A DNA stretch of 64,000 nucleotides from Treponema sp. (GTDB lineage Bacteria > Spirochaetota > Spirochaetia > Treponematales > Treponemataceae). This document shows positions 9,758-18,138 of this stretch, piece after piece. The DNA is taken from positions 113,167 through 177,166 of the forward strand of contig JAGAZB010000009.1 in the NCBI GenBank assembly GCA_017940255.1, written 5' to 3'. Both the position numbers and the translations under genes were made by a program. The notes under the pieces are model-generated. The model worked only from the letters and a program-made list of their open reading frames with translations, made no database searches and had not been told where the DNA came from. Within the stretch, counting starts at the first letter, position 1; the number at the start of each line of letters is the position of its first letter.

Positions 9758-10587
9758 TAATCTTCTTCAGATATTAGTTTTTTCTGTGTGCCATCAAGGT
9801 TGAGCTTGAACGGAAAGTTTGCTGTAAGTACTTCAATCTTACCATGTGCATGAGATGAATTGCTTGTCATAGAACAGTGCATCCTGATTTCTGCAGTATA
9901 CCAGCCATTCTTTAGAATATGCTTTTTAAGGCTTGTATTACGGTAGGAACTCAATATAAACTTTCCTTTTATTCCATCAAGTAAATTCAGCAGTATATCA
10001 AAATCTTCCTGAGTATAGCCGTCATAATGGCCTTGGTCAGAACCTACATAAGGTGGATCAATGTAGAAGAATGAATCGGCTGTATCACGGCTTTTTATTA
10101 TGCGAATGGCATCGCAACATTCGATTTGAACCTTTCTCAATCTTTTTGCATATTCCTCTGTGAAAGCTTCTCTCTTGTTATCAAGCTTTTTACTTACACT
10201 GCCTTTGCGATCATATCCAAAACTTCCGTCTAATCTACAGCCATAGGATGTATTCGCAAGCATCCAAACAGCCCAAGCTCTTTTTACCCGGCCAAACATA
10301 TCAGGATTTGAGTAGATTACTTCTGCTTGTCTGTGCATATCCCGGCTATGCAAAGATAGTGAAATCTCGTGTTCCAATGCTGCAAAATTTTCTTTTACAA
10401 CCTCATAAAAATTAATGAGATCTTTGTTTGTATCATTGATGACTTCAACATCAGATGGTTCTTTTGCAAAAAACACCGCGCCACCGCCAAAAAATGGCTC
10501 ACAGTATAGACGATGCTTTGGAATAAGACCAACAATAAGAGAGGAAAGCAACTGCTTTCCGCCATAGTAAGAAATAGGTGTTTTCAT
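9757..10587 (-). CDS. D12-class N6-adenine DNA methyltransferase (Dam-like), in the Mu mom position
   Basis: ISYYGGK, EPFFGGGAVFF, EVIND and FFYIDPPY motifs. Confidence 0.93.
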   Translation of the reverse strand: MKTPISYYGGKQLLSSLIVGLIPKHRLYCEPFFGGGAVFFAKEPSDVEVINDTNKDLINFYEVVKENFAALEHEISLSLHSRDMHRQAEVIYSNPDMFGRVKRAWAVWMLANTSYGCRLDGSFGYDRKGSVSKKLDNKREAFTEEYAKRLRKVQIECCDAIRIIKSRDTADSFFYIDPPYVGSDQGHYDGYTQEDFDILLNLLDGIKGKFILSSYRNTSLKKHILKNGWYTAEIRMHCSMTSNSSHAHGKIEVLTANFPFKLNLDGTQKKLISEED

Positions 10588-10826
10588 ATATAGTTCCCCT
10601 TAAAAATAATTTAGAGACACTAAACCTAAAGACTTAAAAAACCGATACTTTAAACGCTCGTGCATGAGTCGGATGGAAGCAGGATTTCCTGTAGCTGGTT
10701 CTGCAGCTGTCAGCGAGTTGCCGCTCGCTGGTTTCTGTCCGTTATTTTCCCCAAAATGAGATTTTTAATTTAAAAAAACAAGCTTTATTAAATAAATGTA
10801 AAATGGCCATGTTTTGTTTTTATGTT

Positions 10827-11984
10827 TTAGTCTTCAAGAAAACTCTTTCTATATTTTTCATACATTCTTCCGTAATAATCATCCATTGATTTAATAGTTT
10901 TATAGCAATTACATTCTTTTAATTTTGCTTGTCTCCAAGAATAATAACAGTTGTAAACATATTTTAATGGAATACTGGCATTTGCCATTAATGTTTTGAT
11001 TCGTCTACGTTCTCTTTTCAGAGAAGACTTATTTATACCTTTAATTATTTTCCCATTTTGAAGTAATTTATAACGGATTTTAAGGAACGTAAAACCGTGT
11101 TTAAGCGGTATTATATGAGTCTTTTTATCGTTAATATGCAGCCCTAAATCAGATGCAATTCGACGTATGTTTTCCAGAATATCTTGTAACTCTGGTTTAT
11201 TATTGCTGATAATATAGCTGTCATCTACGGATCGGCCATAGAACTTTTGATGTCTTACAATCTTAACATAGTTATCAATTTCTGTTGGAAAAAGAATTCC
11301 TATGGACTGACTTATCTGGCTTCCAATTCCTACTGACTTATGTAAAAACTTCTCTCCACGTTTATCTGACTGCATTTCAAGACAGTTAATAAGACCGTTC
11401 TTTGCTTCTTGGTATTCTTCATCTGTCATGTATGAAACATCAATATTGAACATGTCTATGTATTCAAATATCAGTTGTTTCACTCTATCATCATCTATTA
11501 TTCGATTAATAATTTCTTTGATTTTATCGTGTTGTATATTGTCAAAAAACTTCGAGAAATCAATCTGTAATATATAACCATTTTCCCATGTTTTATATTT
11601 TTGATAATACTTTGATAAATGGGTAGAAAGCCTGCGTCTTGTAAACGACATTCCTTTTCCTACCTGACTAGCTCCGTTGTCATAAATCAGGTACTTATCC
11701 ATTTTCTTATTTAAGATTTCATCACATAGAACATGCAAAACGATTCTATCTCTGATATCAAGGGCTTTTATTAATCGGGTTTTGCCTCTTTCACTTAAGA
11801 TAAATTGATTTGTTGGATATGGGTGATAGGTATTAGCTTTAAGTTTTTCCTGGATCTCCGACAAATAAAATAATTTGCTGAACTCTACTTTCTGTACGCT
11901 ATCTTTCCAGGCGCAATCCTTCTTGGATTTCTTAAAGGCAGCGGAAAGATAATTTAAGTCAGTTAATTTTTCATAATCAGTCAT
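10827..11984 (-). CDS. DGR reverse transcriptase
   Basis: ERGKTRLI, RDRIVLH, QIDFSKFFDNI, GIGSQISQ (DGR-type SQ), YGRSVDDS (YxDD variant), GFTFL; adjacent to TR and Avd. Confidence 0.93.
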   Translation of the reverse strand: MTDYEKLTDLNYLSAAFKKSKKDCAWKDSVQKVEFSKLFYLSEIQEKLKANTYHPYPTNQFILSERGKTRLIKALDIRDRIVLHVLCDEILNKKMDKYLIYDNGASQVGKGMSFTRRRLSTHLSKYYQKYKTWENGYILQIDFSKFFDNIQHDKIKEIINRIIDDDRVKQLIFEYIDMFNIDVSYMTDEEYQEAKNGLINCLEMQSDKRGEKFLHKSVGIGSQISQSIGILFPTEIDNYVKIVRHQKFYGRSVDDSYIISNNKPELQDILENIRRIASDLGLHINDKKTHIIPLKHGFTFLKIRYKLLQNGKIIKGINKSSLKRERRRIKTLMANASIPLKYVYNCYYSWRQAKLKECNCYKTIKSMDDYYGRMYEKYRKSFLED

Positions 11985-12110
11985 AAAAAAAAAGTCCTGT
12001 TTATAGCAGTATCAGACGTATCTGACTGCATCAGGACTTAATTCGGATTTATAAGAATCCAAGATACAATCTCCTTCCTATCGTCTGAACTTCGATTGTT
12101 TAATCTACTT

Positions 12111-12212
12111 GTTCTGACAAGAATCGCACGCGCACGCCCAACGCAAGACTAGTATTGTTATTGTTGGCATTACCGTTATTGTTAACATTGCAAGCATTGA
12201 CCGCACTGGCAT
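12111..12212 (-). repeat. DGR template repeat (TR) with IMH*
   Basis: 12121-12212 aligns ungapped to 12859-12950; all 15 mismatches are at TR adenines on the coding (-) strand; 10 AAY codons in the VR frame. Confidence 0.95.
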
Positions 12213-12213
12213 A

Positions 12214-12765
12214 TCAGACCGCACCTTGTCTTTCATTATATCGCTTTGCATCTGTTTTTCTCAAGGACTTCAAAAGAGCTTCCTCATGTTTCAATTCTTC
12301 GCAGAGAAGTTGTAAGGAATTAAGATTAACAGGGAAAACATCTGATATGAACTCAATTTGTGATATAAGATTCTCGCAACAGCCAATGGCAACATTTATA
12401 TATAGTCTTCTTTGAGTAAGTTCTTTTTCACATTGCGGATAGATACTGTTCGCATGCGTGAGATTCCGGCACAAAGAGTTTACTTCATCAATAAGTGCAA
12501 TTTTACTTTTCTGAACAATCCATGCAGGGAAGTCTTCAAGAACACGACCGTCATTCATTTCCGGATATTTATTAAACAGTTCTTCAACAAGCTCTGCATC
12601 TTCCGGAAGAAACTTTACAGCTGAAAATAGATTCGAGATTTTTCGGACTCGGCTTTTTATTCCAAAATCCCGAAGACACCATTGTGTTATTGCACGCCTT
12701 AGTCTAGTTGCATTTACAAAGACCTGCAGTTTACTTTCTTTTCTTTTGTACTTTGGTACAGACAT
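12214..12765 (-). CDS. avd: DGR accessory variability determinant (Avd-like four-helix protein)
   Basis: MSVPKYKRKESKL N-terminus; ANSIYP...RRLY...AIGCC motif; lies between target gene and TR; ATG 12765 preferred to the upstream start. Confidence 0.8.
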   Translation of the reverse strand: MSVPKYKRKESKLQVFVNATRLRRAITQWCLRDFGIKSRVRKISNLFSAVKFLPEDAELVEELFNKYPEMNDGRVLEDFPAWIVQKSKIALIDEVNSLCRNLTHANSIYPQCEKELTQRRLYINVAIGCCENLISQIEFISDVFPVNLNSLQLLCEELKHEEALLKSLRKTDAKRYNERQGAV

Positions 12766-12771
12766 GCTAAA

Positions 12772-12800
12772 ATTATAAATTTTTTTTTTTAACTTGTATA
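12772..12800 (-). promoter_or_regulatory. Putative promoter of a leaderless avd-TR-RT transcript, with A11 in the spacer
   Basis: TATACA-17 nt-TATAAT, then 6 nt to ATG 12765. Confidence 0.55.
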
Positions 12801-12857
12801 GCACTGCACAAGGCAGTGCTATACAAGGATTGGTAGGTTAGCAAAGCTAACCTACCA
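12793..12857. other. Two tandem perfect hairpins downstream of VR (candidate retrohoming signal)
   Basis: 15-bp stem 12793-12807/12813-12827 with 5-nt loop; 12-bp stem 12831-12842/12846-12857 with 3-nt loop. Confidence 0.8.
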
Positions 12858-14040
12858 GGAAGCGCACGCGCACGCCCAACGCAAGACTAGTACCGCTAGA
12901 GTCGGCATTACCGTAACTGTCAACAAAGCAAGCACTGACCGCACCGGCAATGCCTGAGAGCCAGTAACTATAACGAAGTCCTGTTGCAAGTTGTGGCATA
13001 AGTCGGAAAAGCGGGAACTGTTCATTTGCAGTTCCTATATCATAACCGCCAGACCACACTCTTGCTCCATAAACTTCTACTTCACTCATAAGCCTTACTT
13101 TATGAGAAAACCATCCCCATGATGAAGCTACGCCCTGCCATGCAGAATATCCAGGACTTGCAGCCGATGCGTTCATGTCAGAACTCAACAAATCTCTGCA
13201 GGTCAAAACGTGAGCTGCACCAAAAACACCTTCTATAGCTGTCTGGCCTGCTCCATCACAATATGCCTGAATGGCAGATGAAGCATAGCCTCCGGCAGTG
13301 GTATTGGTTGGATTCCAGCCCATATTGGTTAATGCAAAATCTGGCACTATGACTGCATGGTGAGAGGTCATAGCTGTATCGCCTTTATTCAGCTCTGTAT
13401 CAAGACCAGCAATTCGATAAACTTTATTATTTGAATCGATAAAATAGTCGCCAGGATAGATATCTGCGAAGTTTCCTGCAGCAATATTTGCCAAAACCTG
13501 TTCAATTGTATAACCGCCGCCTGGTAAGTTCTTTGTATTTCCAATTGGTAGAATTGGATACAAACTTTCAGGTGCACCGTTAAGACATTTACCTCTGAAA
13601 ATACCATTATGCTCGCCTACAGTTGCAGCTGAGTTAACTTCAAAATAAAGCGAAGTATTTCCGACAAGCTCAACACAATCTCCTGGGCGCAGATAAATTG
13701 TTTGTGTAACATTTTCTGCTTTGCTGTAAGTCACTGTTGCATAGCCGCTGACAAAGGCAGCTTTTAAAGTGAGCTTACAAGAAGCAAAAGAAGGTCTTCC
13801 TATGCTCAATGTTATGGCACTCTGACTAAGAATCAAAGTGCGGCTTGTCTGAACTTCTGATGTGCTGGAGTTCTCATTTACAAAGACTGGACGTTCTACT
13901 GTAAACGGCAGCATAACATCTTTACAAACATTTTCTGTGGTAACACTTACACCTTCAGCTTCTTTTGTTCCGAAGTCTGGTGTAAAGTTAGGCAATCCTG
14001 GAAGTCTCAGGTTATCCAATGTTAAGTTTATTACAGACAT
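12847..14040 (-). CDS. DGR target protein, likely receptor-binding tail protein with a C-type-lectin-like C-terminus
   Basis: C-terminal YWL...GVRVRF CLec-type end contains VR; follows the large tail gene. Confidence 0.85.
   Translation of the reverse strand: MSVINLTLDNLRLPGLPNFTPDFGTKEAEGVSVTTENVCKDVMLPFTVERPVFVNENSSTSEVQTSRTLILSQSAITLSIGRPSFASCKLTLKAAFVSGYATVTYSKAENVTQTIYLRPGDCVELVGNTSLYFEVNSAATVGEHNGIFRGKCLNGAPESLYPILPIGNTKNLPGGGYTIEQVLANIAAGNFADIYPGDYFIDSNNKVYRIAGLDTELNKGDTAMTSHHAVIVPDFALTNMGWNPTNTTAGGYASSAIQAYCDGAGQTAIEGVFGAAHVLTCRDLLSSDMNASAASPGYSAWQGVASSWGWFSHKVRLMSEVEVYGARVWSGGYDIGTANEQFPLFRLMPQLATGLRYSYWLSGIAGAVSACFVDSYGNADSSGTSLALGVRVRFLVG
12849..12950 (-). repeat. DGR variable repeat (VR) with GC-rich element and IMH
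   Basis: Matches TR except at TR adenines; GGGCGTGCGCGTGCG element, then a diverged IMH ending at the stop codon. Confidence 0.95.
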
Positions 14041-14052
14041 AAAAGCAACTCC

Positions 14053-17000
14053 TTATTGTTCGTTTATTATTTCCAATACTTTTGCTTTGAAGATATCAGT
14101 GTCGAAAATATTTGTCTTGAAATTAGTCTTATTTGCAGCCGACAAAATAAAATAATCCTCGGACTTATCAAGAGCGGCCCACGGAATACGATTTACTGTA
14201 TGCTCGTAGAACATATCTATATCTTCCGCAACTGTTGTATCAATCAACAATTCATCAAGAATGAAACTGTTACGGCCGTTGTTTAGAGTTACATCAAGAG
14301 CTTCTGCAGAAAGAGCATATCTGTCAAAGCAAACTTTTTTATTGTTCAGTGCAACGCAAATCTTTTGTTCCTGGCAGATAATTCCTATATGCAGCCATTC
14401 ATTAGATCTGAATGAAACTCCAAGGTCTTCAAGTTCTTCCTGTTCCGAAGATGTCTGTCCTTGATGCAAGATGTAAGCGTGGGCATCTGCAGGCGTGTTG
14501 AACGGAATTGTTCTTTCATACAGACCAACTCTGATGTTTAAATAATAGTCTATCGCGGTTACAGCCTTTGAGACATAGTTTTCAAAATCATCTGTTGTTT
14601 CTTTTGCATAATACGAATAAGAATTATTAAATTCTTTCTTAGCAATTGATTCAAAAGGAGTAGGATTATTTGTATCAAACATGCAGAATGGAAGCTCTTC
14701 ATCTGGAGAAAAGAAAAGACAGGTTTGTTCTTCCAGCTTGTTATACATTCTGGTTTCGTTTATTTCTGCATTAAACGGAAGTTCTCCCCCTTCTTCAAAG
14801 TATGGTTCGGCACTTACAATTTTGAGGATTACTTTGTCATCAAGAGTTCCTATTCTGAATATTTCCTGATTTTCCGCATAGATATACTGAATCCAGAAAT
14901 CAACAGTAAATATGTTTGTAGCAGCATAAGCTATCTGTGCGGAATAACGGCCGTATAAACTTCTTCCGATTGTTGAATAAGGAGCAACCGCAAGAATAGC
15001 CGGTGTAAAATCTATATCGTCGCTGTTAGACTCTGCACCTACTAATTCATGACCCATTGTATCCGGTTCATCGACGATTGTAAGTTTATCAATGCCGCTC
15101 TGGTTATAAACATCTGTATCAAAATGAAACACATCTGAATGCTGTGATAGATAAGCGTTTCCAATATCAAAGCCCTGCAGACGTCTCTGTGCCATATTCT
15201 GATTGCTGATAAAGAGACTGTCCTGGGAAAAGAGCTGCGATGACAAGATACCGTTTGTATCCATTTTGTTAATGGTTTTCCAGGAAGAGGAAACGGTTTC
15301 TCGATGTTCATAATAGGTTCCGTTAGGTGTAATTCTTGTTCTATCCAGAGAATCTGAATTCTTTTGAATTGTAAGCTCTCCGGAAATAGAGGAATACTGA
15401 GAAGAAACAGAAAAGTTTCCAACCTTGAACTCGATTGTGTAGCCGGTAATCTCTCCGGTAATTGTGCTGACAACCGGATTAACGTGAATATATTCGTCTT
15501 TTCCACCAGCCCAGAACTGACCTTTTCTTGCGGTGATTGTCTGTCCGGTGTATTCGTCTATGAACTGCCAGAACTTACCGGCCCAGAAGTTCCTGCCGTC
15601 AATTTTAAAACCTTCAGCTGATAAGTCGCCAAACATCGCACCATTTGCCGCAAGATTTATAGCTGCAATCTGCTCCGCTGTAATTGTGCCGGCAGCAATT
15701 TTATCAGCTGTTACGGCGTCAGGAGCGAGCATGTTTGCAGTAATTGCATTTGCAACAATATCACCAATGGAGTTTGCTCTTGCAGTTGCAGAGACCTGTT
15801 TTGTATCTTGGATTCTTACGCCAGTTGTTTTGTTTGTTACTGAGATTTTATAAAGATATGGTGTGTCCTGAGGAGAAGGCATTGCAACTCGTTCGCATTT
15901 AAAGTAATTCTCAGCACCACTATCTGTAACGCTCCACGAAACTTCAAGTATTGTTGTTCCGTCTGAATCGTAAACAATATCAGCTGAAGCAGGAATTGTA
16001 TAGTCATCAAGATTGCTTTTATAAACAGTCTTTTGATTTTTTTTCAAATCCTCTCCATGATAAACTGTATAGCTGTAGCACTTATATGCTTTAAGATTCT
16101 GACCTACCAAAGGCAGCGACTGGCTAAAATAATTTGAGACTACAACTTCTGTCGATGTATTGTCTTTATAATTATCTTCTGAAGCTGTCGGATCTAAATC
16201 TGTTGCCGGAGTGTACCACTGCGAATCTGAGGATTTTTTTATTAAAATACCATAGTTTAATTCTCCGTAAAGCTCCTTTAAATCAGCTCTTGGGGGCTGC
16301 TTAAATGACATTGAAACAAGTCTTTTTGCCTCTGTAACAGTGACATCAGGAAGCTGAGGAATCCATGTTCCATAATTTGAGACATCAATAAAAATCGACT
16401 CGGACCATTCAGACTGCTTGTTAAAGCTGTTAATTGACTTAGCGCGAACCTGCCAGTCTGAAAGTGCTGAAGCTTCGGGGAAGCCATCGGATGCACGATT
16501 AAACTGATATACTGTGTCGAACGTGCTTGTAAACTGAATACATGCATCCCATGTTTGAGACGGCTTTTTAATTGCCCAGACAATCTTGCTGGCAGTAGAA
16601 ATACCATTGTTTGCAAAAGTGCAGGAAAGCGTAATAGAATCTTTTGAGGCAATGGCAACAAGGTTTTGCGGAATACGTGCTGCAGGAATGTGTATTGCTG
16701 TACTTTCAGAACCGGTTATGAGACTGTCGATAATATTATAGTTTGAGTCTCCTACAGAAGACTGATACTGCGACCTCGTTATATCTACAGATACATCTCC
16801 GTATGAAACGAGTAAAACAGAATATTTTTCTTCATACTCATCATAAGAACATGCAAGTACAAGACAGTTACACATAAAGCCGGAATCGCCGGTATCAACT
16901 TTTACATAAGAACCTACAGGAAGGCTTCTTGTTATTTCTCCGGAAATCTTGAAACTTGTGTTTATAAAGAATCTGCTTAAAAGCTTTGCAAGATTTTCTG

Positions 17001-18138
17001 CAACAGTTGAGCTGTAAATATATTCCGATTCGTAAGTGAATTCATTATTGCCACTGCCACAAGTTACAGAACAGTCAGCTGTTCTGTAATAGGCATCGGC
17101 ACGGATTGCAAGCTGATAAAGCTGCGCGTCCTGAGATGCGCTTGTATTGCGTAGTCTCACAGATGCCTGGCGTGAACCGAACTCTGTTCTGTTGATTTCG
17201 ATAGAGCCGGACCAGTCCTGAACTACATAATGATTTTCTGTATATAGCAGAGTTGTTTTCTGAGAACGTCGGTACTTTGTTTCACCGGAATATGTCGTAT
17301 AACTTTCGGCATAGCCGGATTCAAAGGTCTGTTGAACTTTGCCCTCACGCGCTTCCTGAACCGGATCTGACTCGTATGGATAATACTGTCCGGGGCGCAG
17401 CGTAATTGGAATAATATGATTTTCAGAATCCAAATCATTTCCGGCAAAATATACCTGTTCATTTCGCTTTTTTGTAAGGGTGTTATATTTTACATTTACC
17501 TTGTCATAGTTCTTTGAGTTCTTGGAAATCTTAGGAGCTGTATAAAAATCTTCATTTGTCAGCTGTACCTGATTTTCTGGAATATCAGAAAGCTTTGAAA
17601 CAACAAGATGTCCATTTTCATCAAACTTAAAAAAGTAGCAGTTCTGAAAAAGAATTGAGTTAAGTGCTGCAAGATACTGTTTATCTTTATCCAGGACAAA
17701 TGCCTGAATGTTTACCTGCTCTGTGTCACTGTAATCGGTTACGGTGATATTACAGTCTGTTGCAATTCTCTGAACTACAGCTTTGAGGGTTGAAGAAATA
17801 ATTGAAATTTCTCCGGCCGTCTTCTTTTCAAGAAGATATGTATTGTCGCTGATTTTTACCTGAATCTCACTTATTGGAGTTGGATTACCTTCATCGCTCC
17901 AAGATATATCATTCTTGATTATACCTGAAAAAACAACAGTGTTATCTTCATCTTTTTTAATAAGAACCGGAATGTTCTTTTGTGTACACATCAGCTGAAA
18001 AAGAACAGGCTCAAACTCAAGCTTTGCATCGCATGCAGCTTCTACATGCTGAAGTTCTTCGTTCAATTCTGCGCTTCTTAAAGTAAGAGAAAGCGGATAA
18101 TATTTTGCATCCAGAGACGGTATATAAATGTAATTCAT
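14053..18138 (-). CDS. Large tail tip/central fibre protein
   Basis: 1361 aa directly after the tape measure gene; ITANMLAPDAVTADKIAAGTITAEQIAA repeats typical of tail hub/fibre proteins; possible LamG-like C-terminus. Confidence 0.75.
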   Translation of the reverse strand: MNYIYIPSLDAKYYPLSLTLRSAELNEELQHVEAACDAKLEFEPVLFQLMCTQKNIPVLIKKDEDNTVVFSGIIKNDISWSDEGNPTPISEIQVKISDNTYLLEKKTAGEISIISSTLKAVVQRIATDCNITVTDYSDTEQVNIQAFVLDKDKQYLAALNSILFQNCYFFKFDENGHLVVSKLSDIPENQVQLTNEDFYTAPKISKNSKNYDKVNVKYNTLTKKRNEQVYFAGNDLDSENHIIPITLRPGQYYPYESDPVQEAREGKVQQTFESGYAESYTTYSGETKYRRSQKTTLLYTENHYVVQDWSGSIEINRTEFGSRQASVRLRNTSASQDAQLYQLAIRADAYYRTADCSVTCGSGNNEFTYESEYIYSSTVAENLAKLLSRFFINTSFKISGEITRSLPVGSYVKVDTGDSGFMCNCLVLACSYDEYEEKYSVLLVSYGDVSVDITRSQYQSSVGDSNYNIIDSLITGSESTAIHIPAARIPQNLVAIASKDSITLSCTFANNGISTASKIVWAIKKPSQTWDACIQFTSTFDTVYQFNRASDGFPEASALSDWQVRAKSINSFNKQSEWSESIFIDVSNYGTWIPQLPDVTVTEAKRLVSMSFKQPPRADLKELYGELNYGILIKKSSDSQWYTPATDLDPTASEDNYKDNTSTEVVVSNYFSQSLPLVGQNLKAYKCYSYTVYHGEDLKKNQKTVYKSNLDDYTIPASADIVYDSDGTTILEVSWSVTDSGAENYFKCERVAMPSPQDTPYLYKISVTNKTTGVRIQDTKQVSATARANSIGDIVANAITANMLAPDAVTADKIAAGTITAEQIAAINLAANGAMFGDLSAEGFKIDGRNFWAGKFWQFIDEYTGQTITARKGQFWAGGKDEYIHVNPVVSTITGEITGYTIEFKVGNFSVSSQYSSISGELTIQKNSDSLDRTRITPNGTYYEHRETVSSSWKTINKMDTNGILSSQLFSQDSLFISNQNMAQRRLQGFDIGNAYLSQHSDVFHFDTDVYNQSGIDKLTIVDEPDTMGHELVGAESNSDDIDFTPAILAVAPYSTIGRSLYGRYSAQIAYAATNIFTVDFWIQYIYAENQEIFRIGTLDDKVILKIVSAEPYFEEGGELPFNAEINETRMYNKLEEQTCLFFSPDEELPFCMFDTNNPTPFESIAKKEFNNSYSYYAKETTDDFENYVSKAVTAIDYYLNIRVGLYERTIPFNTPADAHAYILHQGQTSSEQEELEDLGVSFRSNEWLHIGIICQEQKICVALNNKKVCFDRYALSAEALDVTLNNGRNSFILDELLIDTTVAEDIDMFYEHTVNRIPWAALDKSEDYFILSAANKTNFKTNIFDTDIFKAKVLEIINEQ

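Noticed and set aside
10827-11984. RT as a group II intron, retron or Abi RT
   Set aside because: No maturase/endonuclease extension or msr-msd is evident. The SQ motif, Avd and adenine-specific TR/VR pair indicate a DGR.
12155-12415. 86-aa + strand Leu-rich ORF across TR
   Set aside because: It is the antisense shadow of the AAY-rich TR and avd.
14053-18138. Second VR or invertible tail segment
   Set aside because: I saw no further TR-like copy by eye and no invertase gene. A computational search would be needed to exclude remote targets.
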